This document shows, one piece after another, positions 1 through 48,485 of a stretch of 64,000 nucleotides of DNA (position 1 is the first letter of the stretch; each line of letters opens with the position of its first letter). The notes beneath the pieces were generated by a model. That model made no database searches. It saw only the letters and a list, made by a program, of their open reading frames with translations, and had not been told where the DNA came from. Source of the DNA: Yuukianura sp. NJ FZ-2021 (lineage: Eukaryota); the NCBI GenBank assembly GCA_046563655.1, contig CM102288.1, forward strand, positions 3,224,001-3,288,000, read 5' to 3'. Made by a program: the position numbers and the translations under genes.

Positions 1-1357
1 TGCAAAATTTACATAAAAAAAATTAAATTCAGACGAATCTTCAAGTGCTCGAGGGCAGTTTGGAAAAGTTTGCAAAAAAAAAAATCTGGTTGCATGCCAA
101 TTTTTTCTTGTCTCATTTTCTTAAGTTTCTTTTTCGCACGTAACCTGAATTGTGGTAACATTTTTGCAAAAGTCAACATGATTACATGAGTCATCTAAAC
201 CTGGGAATCTTCAAGCTTCAAGTTTTAAGCAAACTTCGAATTGGAAATTTTTTGCACAAAAGACCTTGAGAATCTCGAATTTCAAGGTCGGAATTAACAA
301 GATCATGCTGGTTACTTAATCCACACCAACGTGACACTAAAAACGAGTTAAAGTCACCTTTAAAATCTTAACTAACTTAAGCTCTAACTGAGAGGATAAA
401 CTTTTTTCAAATCTGTAGGAAATGCAACATTCGCAAAAAATTTAAAGATTACGCCATATCACAAAAGCGAAAAATTGGCACAAACAAAATTCGCGACTTT
501 ATCACAATTTATCCAGGTGATTGGACTAAAATTGACTCACTAGTCACTACTTGTACTTCGCAAATTCTGGCGGCGGTTTCATAAAAGTTCATTTTCAATT
601 TGCGAAAAACATTTGCAAAAAATATGAGCGCAAAAAGTAGAAGATTGAGATTAGAAATGAAATTTGACTCCTAAAAGCGTCGTTTTCGACGCTTCCACGC
701 CCATAATTCCAATCTCTAGTGTTTTTTCCGTTTTCAATGACCGATAAAAATTGTTATTGCCGATTTAAAATTTATTGCAATTTTCAATTGTTGCACTCCG
801 ATTTCGCGAGTTACTTGAATTTCATGTCTCGTTTTTGGTCGTACAGTTTATCTTTTTGCAGCTCCAATTTTATTATCATCACTCAATTGTTCCATTACTT
901 CCCCTTTGAAACTTTGTGTAATTCGCAAATTCTTTAGAACTCTTTTTTCTTTTTGCAATTCCAGTGACTAAGGAGCGTTGTTGGCAAGGAGCCAAACATT
1001 TTGCAGCGTGACATTTGACCCCAAGAAGCTAACAAAAAAAAATTGAGCAGTTGCAGACAGTCGGACGAGTGCATCAGTTGCCAAATCACTTCCAAATTGC
1101 AACCAGCCGCTTCAGTATCACACTTGACGTTGTCCTAATAGTTTGCAAAAGTCCATTTTTTAATATTCCCGAAGAATCGCCAATTTCACGCCAAATATGA
1201 GCAACATCACGGAACTCGAATTTATCCAGCTCCTGCACCAGGCACGCAGTCGCCTCGGAGTGCCAAATCGTGAGTTACAAAATTTTAAAAATTGAAACAA
1301 TTTGGAAAAAGTGGAAAATTGTAATTTTTTTTTATTACAGCAGTTGGAGGCGGTGAC

Positions 1358-1886
1358 ATGACGGAAGATGACGACCAAGACCAAGGGCTTGTGATGAAGC
1401 TTGACTCAAGAGTTCCCGCGCCCGCAAACATTTGTAGTCAGTCACAAGGGGCCATTGACCTCGCCTTGACCTCTGCCTTCATCCTCACTTCCGTTCCAGA
1501 CCTGTTGCTCAAAAAGTTAAACCTGGTAGGCCTCACTTTAAAATGTTCAATCCAACATTTTCAACAAGAAACGTAGAATTTTCAAAAAAATTTGTAACAT
1601 TTGACCTTTGGCTTTCTAGGTGTCAGAATTAGTCCAGAAGAACTCCGCCCGTCTCCTTCCGTTACTTCTGTACGCAAGTCTGTTGTTCCTCGGATGTCAA
1701 GCCGTCGCTGTCGTCGTTCTGCTCACGTCTGCCATTTTGTCTGCCGGACTTTTGTTCCTTCTGACCTGCGCATTAGTCCTAGGCACCCTCTTCATCCATA
1801 CTTGTCAACTTGGTCTGGACCAGCAACCGTCTCCACCACCGTCACCGTCCCACTCCTCAACCTCACTCTCCAACTACATGATGTAA
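1358..1886 (+). CDS. Small hydrophobic (membrane or lipid-associated) protein of unknown function, about 144 aa, 2 coding exons (1358-1525, 1620-1886)
   Basis: ATG at 1358 follows an acceptor at 1340 (ttattacag). The phase-0 intron CTG|GTAGG...ttctag|GTG joins two ORFs in frame. The product has a hydrophobic stretch of about 45 aa (LLPLLLYASLLFLG...LVLGTLFI) and a Pro/Ser tail. Further upstream exons are possible. Confidence 0.6.
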
Positions 1887-4367
1887 AGGTCACCAGAGGT
1901 CATTCACCACACACAATCCAATTAAAGTCGTTGTATCTTAAGTTACCTTGCTGGGACAAATTTACTTTGGGAATCTAGTAGTTAGAATTACACTGGATGC
2001 TAATGCTAATGCTAAGACTGGGTTCACTTCCATGACCTTTGTATGCTAAAGGTCACAGAGGTCACTTGGTTGACCTTTGGCCTTGTTGTTTTTGTTATAT
2101 CCTGAGTGCAGGACATTAGCCGTAATACCTTAATTTATTTTTGTATTCAAGACAATCTATTTGTTGTGAAAGATGTTACGTGAGCGCAGCGATTTTAAGG
2201 GCGTAGCCTCTTCTCAGAATGGATCCAAGGACGGCTCAAACAGCGATAAAAATAAACACAAGAGAACATAAAAACAGATTCAAAAAAGAAAATTTCGAAA
2301 AACGAAAAAAAGTTAGAATCTGTTACTAGAAGAGTCTAAAATTGTAATTTGTAGAATACTGGGATCAACTCTTGGGGAAAAACAATTTATAACTTTATAA
2401 TAAAAATTCAAAATCTAAAAAAAATCTACTTAGTTGTTTTTTAGAAAAAATAATTCTATTTCATTCACTTCTAGCTTATTCGAATAACTTGGAATTTGAA
2501 AATTGAAAATTTACAGCTGAGTTAGAAATCGGTTTTAATTAAGCTGAAATCTTTTGTTTTTAGAAAATTATTTTCCAAAATTTGTCGCTCGGTTTATCAC
2601 AGTAAGTTCTGGGTAAAATTCTATAGTCGTTTTGGATTTCATAGAAATTCATTTCCTTTCAGTTTCATTTCATCACCACTTTCATTGTATTCGGTGCTTT
2701 AGAATTCTACGGCTCTTTAACTACACCTTTACCAAAACTACTGTTCAAATGTACAGAGCGAATTTTCAAAAAGTCATTTTTGAAAACTGAAAATTGAAAA
2801 TATTTCCGGTCAATTTTTATAAATTTTGTTCCACGATATGGGTACATTCTACAAAACAAGTTTTACATGCAATGGAAAAGGAAAAATTTAAAATAGTTCC
2901 TGAACGACATTGTAATTTTTGTTCAAAGAAGTTTAGAATGAAAACCGTAATTCGAAGTTTCGACTTTACCAGCAATTTAAATTACATTTTAAAAAAGGAT
3001 TTCGGAAAAATTCAAAATTTAGAAAAGCACAATTTATGAAAATAGCTGTACTTGAATAGTGTATCTTGTCCTAGCTTGTTTCAAAAATCGCTATGTAGAA
3101 ACTCCAAAATTTTCCATTTTTGGTGAAAGTTGACATGGAATGTCCATTTTCACCGTTTTCATGGACAAAGGCACTGGGCAAACAGTGCTGGAAAATCTAT
3201 TTCACTCAATTGTTTTTTGCCTCCAACTTTCTTTTTTCTTCCCGGGAAAAGTAGGAAATGTTCCATTGTATTTATTTCTGTACACACGGTAGCTTCTGCT
3301 TCCTCCTTCGCCTGTCTCCTCTGAGTCTATTGACAGGACACCAAAAGACTCCCCTTTAGCTTTTATGAACCGAGTTCGGGCACTGCTTGTCTGTCCATCT
3401 TCCCGAACTACCCGAATTCGGGTAGCATCGTCCTTCCTTTAGAGTTGCTTCCTGCACCCTCCGCCTCCCTTCTCCTGTTCTCCTCCTGCCTTCCACCCGG
3501 CAAGTCCTGAATCATCAGTCGCCGGCCCTGTTCAAACAGCCACCAACTTTACAATTCAAAAAAAAAAAGATTTTGAACAAGGGAGCTACAGCAGAAGCTA
3601 CGAACTTGTAGCAAAGAGCATCAGGTACTTGTGCTTCCCTTGCAAAAGAGACCAAGAAGATCCACTTTTGTATAAATAACATTCTGTTTAAGCACCGAAC
3701 AAGACTTACACAAGAGAAGAACTCAGATCAAAAAGGTTTTCAAAAAAAGATCTTTGGAAAAAGATGTTTCAAAAAGAAGAATTCTGAGCCAAGAAAATGT
3801 TTCAGAGATCAGCAGAGAGTGTAACAAGGGTGACCAGAGTTTGATCTCTGTGAGACTAGTGACACGTGAAGTGCTAAAGTTTTTTTTTAAAACGTTTTGA
3901 AAAAGAGAAAGTTTTTTTTTTTTGAAAATTTCTCTCCCAAAAATTGGTTTCGTGCAGCCGTGTTTGTACTTTTTTTATTCTGTATCAAATGAGGGACCAA
4001 ATTGCAAAGCAACCCTTGGAAAACACAATCAAAAATTTATGGACCAAGTTTTTGAAAAGGAGAACATCGAAATGGTGACAGCGCAGAGCTAACTACGACA
4101 GTGACGTTGATCGCTTCAGGAACAGCGTCCATCGCTGATTTTTTGAAAAAGTGTTGATAGCTGCTTTCAAAAAAAAGTGAAGGTGCAGCGATAGGAAGTT
4201 TTTGAGCTGAAAATGGCAGAAGCGATTGGCACGTGACAGGGGGAAAACCGACAGCCTAAACGAACGTTTGGAAAGCTTCAAAGGAAAGTTTTTTTTCTGG
4301 ACAAGGAAGCCAGCTAGAAGCGATTCCCCGACCATCACCACCGTTTTTTTGAAAGTTTCCAGGGAAA

Positions 4368-39964
<35,597 letters not shown>

Positions 39965-41398
39965 CCTCCAGTGACCTCTGCTCCAAAATACAATGACCCA
40001 AAGTACCTCAGACATCAACAATGAACAAGGTCAACCAAACCAGTTGACCTCTATGACCTTCACCAAGTAGACTTCTAATACCTTCGAATATCCTTAGCAT
40101 TTCTAACGACTAGTTACTGAATTAGTTAATTCTAGAATTATGTATTAAAACGTTAGCTCACGGGAGGGGAAATTTCACAAAAAATCGCATTTCGTTTAAG
40201 TAGAAATCAGTTTTTTCGCATAAGCTTCTAACAACGGTCAAAGAACGTTTTGGCGCACTAACTCAAATTAATTATGGATTACTATTAACTTATTGTCATT
40301 TTCCATTATTCGCATAATTAGTTAACTTAATTGCAAAAGAATTTAAATGATGAAGGGGAAACTGATGTAATAATGCCTTAGAAAAAAAAATTGCCATACA
40401 CAATTCACGCAACTTTGCATCCAAAAAATAATGGAACAATTTTTGATAAAAACAACATTTTAGGTTAGAAATTGAGAAAGCAAAAGAGAAAATTCGTCAT
40501 TTTCCATAAAAAAAAGAGAGAAAGTTGAGAAAAAAATTGGTTTGGATGACCAATTTACACTAAAACGTAAAAACTCCAAAAAATTGAAGATGTTGGGCTT
40601 TGATTAGTTTAATTAATGGGGCAAAGGAGGGAAGAGATTAACGTTGAGTTTTTATATTTAATTGCTAGTTTAGTATAATTAAGTAAGCAATTAAATATTT
40701 AGTTGAACTTATTAAATTCAGGTGCCTCAATTTCATAACCTGCCCGCACTCAAGTAAACTAAAACTGAAAATGATAAAAAAGTACGTTTCAGCAAGAATG
40801 GTAATAATATGATAAAAATGAATTAATTGTAATAATTTAATTATTTATTATAATTTATAGAACTGTTGGATTTTGGTTGGGTCAAAAGTGAAAAAGAAAT
40901 GAAACGACTGTGATTAATTTCCTTGTTAGACTTTTCGTTTTTTGAAAAAAATTCACTTTACAGAACATGTTTTAGAAAAGGCTTCGGGGAATGCTATTGA
41001 AAGTTAAAAAAAATTAATGTAACGATTATTACGAACTAGATACGTTTTCCAAATCTTCATAATTCTTGAGTTTACGCCTAACATAACTTAGTTATGCTAC
41101 ATAACCTATTATGTTTACCATTAAACTTAAAAGACAAACAAGAATGATTTAAAACTTAGAAAATTCGGGTAATTATTACGCAAAAAACAAGAAATAAGAT
41201 TTTAGAACACAGAAACACTTGGCCACGAAGTGCATAACAGAAACAAAATTCTAAAAAGAACGAATAAAGATGAAGCGTTTACGTTAACTTTTTCCATTTC
41301 AGGAAAGTCTAACTGAAACTGAAACTTTTATTATCAAAAAACAGTTATTAAAAAATTGGGAACCAAGTCTTCATGTTAATCTGGATAGCTTAAGATTC

Positions 41399-42574
41399 TC
41401 AATACGAAGATGGAGGAGGAGGCGGAGCAAATCCTCCGAATGGTGGTGGAATCCCGCCCCAACCTGAAGAAACAAGACAATGTACACTGTTATTTCCGTT
41501 TTTCCTAAGTTAATTAGAAGTTTTAATTTAGTTTTTACTTACCCCAATGAACTGGAGGAGGTGGAGGCATTGGAAATTGTCCAGGCATGCCCATTGGTGG
41601 CATTCCCATTCCTGGTGGCGGCATTTGCATTCGTGGTGGCATGTGCATTGGTGGTGGAGGTGGAGGTGGCATAACAGGAGCCATTGATGGCGGCGGAGCA
41701 TCTGCAAAAATTTGATGGGGCATCTGACTGTGTGTCAACGGATTCTGTGCAGCCAAGAGACGTTCAGCCGCCTGTAAATAAAACAGAACGAATAGGGCAA
41801 CTATACTTACATTAGTAAATGTTATGTTATTTGTGAAAATCCTTACAGAACCGTGACGTTCTCCCTTGGCATCCTTCTTGAAAGCATAAGAAACTGAAAT
41901 GGGTCGATTGCAAAGATACTGTCCATTCATGGCTTCAATACAAGCATCGCTCGAATCAAACGAAGAGTAGTTGACAAACGCAAAGCCCTTGGAGTTTCCA
42001 CTGTCCGGGTCCCTCATGATCTGTTCAAATTCAAAAAATAAACAGATATTTGATCCTCTTTAGTCTCAGTATACCTATAAAGTTCCAGTTTCCTTACCTT
42101 AGGAGTCTGAAGAATAACACCGAAAGCAGAGAAAGTGTCGTAAAGAAGCTTCTCGTCCACTTCTGGATCCAGGTTTCCAATGAAAACGTTGGCCCCAACG
42201 TCCAGGTTCTTCTGATGAGCTGAAGCTTTGTTAACTCTGACCGGCTTCCCATACAATTTGATCATATTCAGAATTCTAATGGCGTAATCCGCATCCTCTT
42301 CCCCGATGAATTCAACGAATCCGTACCCCTGATGGTTCAGGGACACACGATCCTTGGGCATATGAACATTGACCACTGGACCAGCTTGGACAAACAGTTC
42401 CCACAACAGGGTTTCTGACACCTTTTCGTCCAAACCACCAACGTACACCGTGGCATCTAAAAAAACGTTACACAAACCAAGATTACATCAAAATATTTAA
42501 CATTTATCAATGTGCAAATTTCGAATTAATTCATCTTTACCTTGGTTTCTTTCAGCAATTGGGCCAGCTGCCAT
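41399..42574 (-). CDS. SF3B4: Splicing factor 3B subunit 4 (SAP49)
   Basis: [48 protein letters not shown], two RRM domains, [22 protein letters not shown] and a Pro-rich tail. Five coding exons, stop TGA at 41399-41401. Confidence 0.97.
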
Positions 42575-42980
42575 ATCGTTTTTCAATAATTTTATCCAAA
42601 AACTGGTCAGAAACTGAAATTAAACCGAATTTTTACGAAACACGAAATGAATTTAATTTTTACAGAATTTTGAAATTCAAAATTCGAATTTCAAACTTCA
42701 CATGAAATTTTGGCAGATTTCCAAATTGAAATTCGAATTTGGGGGAAAAAAAGGGGTTTGACGGTTTGAGGCAAAGTAAGAATAATTTCAAAACAAAAAT
42801 CAGAAAAGGCGGGAATTCGTTCATAATTTGAAAATATAATTTTTAGTTTAGTGCTTATCTTTTTCCGTTCCTGTTTTTCTGTTTGTCTGTCAAATTGTCA
42901 ACTTTCGTCTGTTTTTTTAGGGAGATTAATTATTAATTTGAAGGCGTTAATTAGTCAAAGTAAAGTCAAGCACTCAAGGA
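42575..42980. promoter_or_regulatory. Probable bidirectional promoter between SF3B4 and NECAP
   Basis: The start codons diverge and are only about 406 bp apart. The inference is positional only. Confidence 0.6.
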
Positions 42981-44054
42981 ATGGCGGACTACGAAAGTGT
43001 TCTATTGGTCAAGTCCGAAGTCTTCGTGTACAAGATTCCGCCAAGGACGACAAACAGGGGATACAGGTAAATGAAAAAAAAACTCCCCAAAATCAATGTA
43101 ATGGCTGTTCGCTCAAATATGGCTACTAATCTTGTTCGTACAATGTTTTTAAGAATTTAATTTTTGAAATCGCAGAGCCAATGATTGGAACCTTAATGCT
43201 CCAGACTGGACAGGCAGGATGCGACTGGTGACGAAGACAAACGGTTTATTCATCAAGCTGGAGGATAAAACGTCGGGACAGCTCTTTGCTCAGTGTCCCA
43301 TTGAGACATATCCTGGTGTAGCCGTAGAACCAGTCAGCGATTCCTCCCGTTACTTTGTTCTTAGAATTCAGGATGATAATGGTAACGACATGATTATTTT
43401 TATGTCAATGTGCTGCCCTTCATTCAATCATACATAATTCACGATGTAATATTTCAGGACGGAATGCATTTATTGGCATTGGATTTGCCGACAGATCTGA
43501 TAGGTAATGTGACTAAAATTTGGAATTTGTCAGAGTATCGTCGTAATTTTGTCTTTTGTCTAATTTTTATGTTGTCTGATGCAGTTTCGACTTGAACGTA
43601 GCCCTGCAAGATCATTTCAACTATGTCAAAAAGGAACAAGCTATCGAAAAGGAAAAAGAGGAACCTAAGCAATCACTAGATCTTGGTTTCAAAGAAGGCG
43701 AAACAATTAAAATTAACATGAAGATTACTGTAAGTGCTACCACCTTCCTACAAGATTGGCATCAAAAAGCAGCCTCAACTTTATTGTTTAACTTTTCAGA
43801 ACAAGAAAGACGGAGAGAGCTCAACTCGAGCAAAACCAAAAGGTGCTGGCCTAGTTGGTGGAATTCTGCCACCTCCACCCGGTGGGGTAAAAATTGCCCC
43901 ACCTCCAGGCGGAAATCCATTTGGATCTTCAGTTACGCAAAGTTCTCCATCGCACAGGCCTCTACAAGGAGCCCCTACGACGGCAGCTACTGGATCTGCT
44001 ACTGCGCCACCCCCTTCAACTCAAGCAAACAATACTGACTGGGTTCAGTTCTAA
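42981..44054 (+). CDS. NECAP: Adaptin ear-binding coat-associated protein (NECAP)
   Basis: [82 protein letters not shown] and the C-terminal AP-2 binding motif WVQF. Five exons. Confidence 0.96.
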
Positions 44055-44855
44055 AAAGGAAACAAATCATTCCATAATTCCTAAATTATTTAAGTTAGCA
44101 CAAACTATTCGCGCGAAAGCAATCGAATCTTAGAAGGAAAACTAATTAATTTGTCCCCTCTAGTGGCCCTGCCTCTTATTCAAGCTTTAGTCGATGATTT
44201 AAGCGCTAAAAATATTCCCCAAAACTTACAATTTCTGGCAGAGTCGTCGCGTGCTTCCTTCTAGATGTGAAAAAAAGTAAATCATCAACCTACTTAGCAT
44301 AAAATTCTGAACTTAATTAGAACTTAATTGAAAACGTTTTTGTTGACGAACTTTATTGCGAGTTCAATTCATTTTGATTTGTAAATCAAGGAGTTAAAAT
44401 GCTTCTAATACGCTTTTAAATGCATATCGCATAATCATTTCGCAGACAAGGAAGTTAAGTTTCTCTGTCATTTTTCAAACTAACACATTTTTGTTCTGGA
44501 CCATTCTGCTGAGGCTTTAAAACTAAAAACGGATTTTCAGAGAACATAAACGTGTGACTAGGGTTACAAGTTATGTGAGGTCAAGGTTACTTTGACCTTT
44601 GACCTCACGAGAACTGAAATATTGGCAACAAGTTGTCTAACTACGGGAAAAGTTGTCAACTTACCGGACAGTTCACTACAGACTACAAACATTGGACGAT
44701 GAACGAAAATGGCGACAGCGGTTTTTAGCGAACAGGCGTCCACTCGTTGAGTATTACATTCCTTGTGCTAAAGTTAAGATTTCTGGGTAAATCGTGTTGA
44801 ACTACAACTGTATAAGTATGAACTGACGACGAGAGTGCCGCGGTGAACTTTGACC

Positions 44856-46452
44856 TCATGGAAATCTCTTGGGCCGCAGAGCTCTCGGTGAAATGCCGAG
44901 TTTGAGAGATCTCATTGCCAGAGCCCGACTGAAGTGCCGTGGAGCTGGACGAGAGGCGAGATCGGATCCATCCTCGGCTTCCAGTGACGACAGCATCACG
45001 AGCAAAACGCCCAGTACAAGGAAAATTATGATGAGGAGCGTACAAACGTGGAGTCCAGTTCCAGACAGAAGATTTTCCAAGTCTTTGAGAGCATCTTGGG
45101 CTCCGGAATGATCCGGTCTCAGCTCCAGCGTGTGCTTGAAGTGTAGAAGAGCTTCTTGGTGATGACCGTAGGACTTGAGGATTTCACCGAGCGTAAAATG
45201 CTGTTGCCAAGCACTACGATCTGGTGCCTGGAGCTCCAGCGAGCGACGAGCAAGGAACAGCGCATCGTCCAAGTATTGCAACATTAGCAACAGGCGAGCC
45301 ATGTTGTGCAGAACCTACAACCAAAAAAATACTCCTTAAAAATCAAAAAAATACTCCTTAATAAAAATCAGGCGACACTTTTTGATTTTAAGGTGACATT
45401 TTAATTTTATCGATTACTTACATCAGGGTTGTTAGGAGCCACTGCTAAGGCTCTTCGAAAGCACTCGATTGCTCTCAGTGTGTGTCCTAAAAACCGAACA
45501 GATTTTAGAAAATGTATGACTGCAGTTCAAAACAACTTTAGACTTATAGATTAATGTTGAACGTCACCTTTGATTCGCCAGAAATTACCAATTTGGTTGT
45601 AAAGTTGTACGGAACTTGGTTTCTAAAAAGCAGAAAATTCAGTAAGATTAGGAATTCTATCGTCTAAAACGTATACCGAAATGCGAAAATCGTTTCCAAC
45701 CTCTTTTTTCGCTTTACGTAGCTTTCGTTCCAGTGCAACCAAGTCGATGGCATCCTTCTTGCCATTTTTCTTCTTAAATTGCATGGCGACATTGGGATCT
45801 GGGATATGTGGATGGTTCTGTCGATTGGCAATTCCAATCAACTGGTCGTAGTAAGTAAAGTTCGCTGGCCTCCCGCAGTCTAAAAAAACAAAGAAACAAT
45901 TAAGAAGCAAATTCAACAGTTTTGACTAGTAATCAATTAAGATGTACCAAGAACTTCAAGGCCGTCGTCCATGAGATCCCCGTCGTTGTTTCTATCCAAA
46001 GACATCCTGCCTTCCCCAGCTTTGCCCAGCATCGGACAATGAGAGCAGTACACTTCTCGGCCGTTCTTTGTCCAAAGACCACGCGGTGACAAGACTGTTG
46101 TCGTTAGTATATGGAAGACCAGTTCCTCGTGTTCCTTGGCTGCCCACGATGGCATATTGGCATTGTACTTGGAGGACACTGTTGTGCTGTTGGTCTCTGT
46201 CCCATTGTTATTGGTGTACAGATGACCATAGACAGGGCTGTGTCTGACTTGAACAAAAGGCTTTTCCGTTGGTGCTAATTCATCAACCGAAGGGACGATG
46301 ACCTGTCGCCCTGACCTCTCATCCACTACTAATTTCCAGTGGCTTGAAGAAGATGACCTTGTCGTTGTACTCAAAATGTAGAATGACAAAATGTACGTGA
46401 CCAAGAAGAATTTAGAGCAGGTTTTATGGGACCAGTCGCTCGAACGGCCCAT
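44856..46452 (-). CDS. TPR-repeat single-pass membrane protein, short TTC17-like
   Basis: N-terminal hydrophobic signal, TPR motifs (LYNQIGNFWRIKG|HTLRAIECFRRALAVAP, HFTLGEILKSYG..ALLHFKHTLELRP) and a C-terminal TM helix. About five GT-AG exons. Confidence 0.75.
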
Positions 46453-47968
46453 TTTCGAAACAGCTTCACTTTGAGGTCGCCTTCTCTAGTTGTTTAGTTG
46501 TCCGAATTCCTCAAAAACACTGAACACATTAACTAATTAACGCTAAAATTAAATTTCGAAAAACTAGTCAAAATTCAACTTCGAAATCATTTGTTTTTGC
46601 CGTTTTTCTTTTTTCATTTTTGTTTTGGAAAATTGAAAAATATTCAATTTCGGATTTTGGCGCGCTCTCTACAAAAAGCCAATACTGGGCATGACTTCGA
46701 TGGTCACAGAAAAATGTTTGTGCAAAAATTTCAGAAGCTTAAAAAATAAGGCTTAAATTGCAAAACCTACGATGAACTTCTAATTAAAATCTAATTTTAA
46801 AATGCAAAAATTGTTAGCGAATATGTAAATTACAAAAATAACTGTGCTATAGTATCTACTTCTGATCTGTGATCTCTCTGGGTCTAGATTTAGCATGTGA
46901 GCATTGGGCATGCGTCAAATTGCGCCAAAAAGAAAGGCGAGTGAAGTGGATGAGAAGTGGGGAGGATTGGATTCGATCTCTTTCACAATTGGCATTTGTC
47001 CAGGAAGGTTCTGTGCTAAGAATTCGCACGATCTCAAGTATTAATTTCAGCCTTCTTTCGCTAAGGTAAGATTTCTTTTGATTTTTCGTAAAATTAAATA
47101 GATCAACACGATTAAGCTTGGTCTGAAGAAGGTTATTATTAGATTTCAAGATTTTGATTTTTATTAGAATTGTAAGGTTTCCTGTGCTAAATTTTGTTGC
47201 ATCAGAAATCCCTTAATCCGGGAATGATCTTTTTCTTTTTCCTTTACGTTAAGTAATGTTAATTAACCCCTAAAAGTGTCATTACACTTATTACATAAGT
47301 GGGAAAACGTCGATTTAATTGTTAGAATTTTAAGCAGTAGCACCTAAGGGAGCAGCTGATTGCGGATTTTCGGGTAGAATAGAGGGGGACATGTAAACGA
47401 CTGACTCGGAGAAAAACTGACCTTGACTGCGATAAAAACTGACTGCGGACAGCGCCATCTATGAATTCGATTTGGCACTTTTTCACAACATTTGCATTTC
47501 AAACTCCGTTTCAGCCCTACGTGCATATGGTCCCATTCCTATTGTTAACTAGTGCTCAAATCGATTTCCAATTAAAAATATTAAAACATTTGTGCGAAAA
47601 ACAGTAAACGACTGACTTCGAAAATCAATGACTGTAAATAAATGTGTTTAATTAATTGATGTTAATTAATTTATGTTCTGGTAACATGTTGTAAAGTCAG
47701 TTTAGTTATAATTATGTTAAATAATTATTTATAAGCCTAATTATGTTAGTTAGGTTTTAATTGTGTTATTATTAAGTTAACTAAAAACGTTTCTATTTCT
47801 CCACACTTTTCCCGGAGATGCTTTTCCTGCGTGCCATCGTACCTAGTATTAATTAGAAAAAGCCGTTTTGAGATAAGTAGTCCAATGTTAATGAGCTAGT
47901 AGTCCCATGTTACTAACTAAGATAGTAGTCCAATGTTACTAAGATAGTAGTCCAATGTTACTAAGATA

Positions 47969-48130
47969 CCGAGTGTTTCAAGCCCCCTAGTAATCTTAAT
48001 TAGATAATTTTCTAAATTTTACGAATTTTTAGTCCTTTCCCCCATCTCACAGCATTGGACCACCCACGCTTTAAAGGAATTTACTCCCCACCCAAGAGAA
48101 AATTTTTACGGGGGGTAATGGTGCACTCGG
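47969..48130. mobile_element. Small TA-flanked MITE nested in the left arm of the foldback
   Basis: TA-CCGAGTG...CACTCGG-TA interrupts a 22-bp repeat unit (AAGA-TA / TA-GTAG) and is absent from the right arm. Confidence 0.8.
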
Positions 48131-48174
48131 TAGTAGTCCAATGTTACTAAGATAGTAGTCCAATGTTACTGTTA

Positions 48175-48485
48175 CAGTACTTGAACGGGGAAAGAATTAC
48201 TATCGTGGGAGAGGAATTGTATTTAAAAAAAAAAATTTTGGTTTTCATTTTTCATTATGTTTTTACAAAATATCATAATTTGCTGAGTAAGAATTTAGCC
48301 GCGAAGACCCAACTTTTCAATATCGCCAATTTTTTTCAAAATTTTGGGGAAAAAATCAATTTCTTTTCTCCGCAGTCAAATTGTTACTTATTATTAGGGT
48401 CCAGTCCATTGACAACACGAAATGAAGCTTTAATTTGGACAAAATTACTATCCCACGATAGTGATTTTTTTCCGTTCAAGTACTG
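48175..48485. mobile_element. Tc1/mariner-like MITE at the centre of the foldback
   Basis: TA-CAGTACTTGAACGG..ACTATCGTGGGA / TCCCACGATAGT..CCGTTCAAGTACTG-TA. These roughly 36-bp TIRs are more diverged than the outer arms. Confidence 0.7.

Noticed and set aside
3408..3425. Short palindromes such as CTACCCGAATTCGGGTAG (similar at about 5587) and the hairpin near 675
   Set aside because: Too short and isolated to assign a function.
3989..4078. 29-codon ORF (MRDQIAKQ...) as ERG first exon or a regulatory uORF
   Set aside because: The true PAS-cap exon is at 4368. Without a mapped transcription start, a uORF role cannot be supported.
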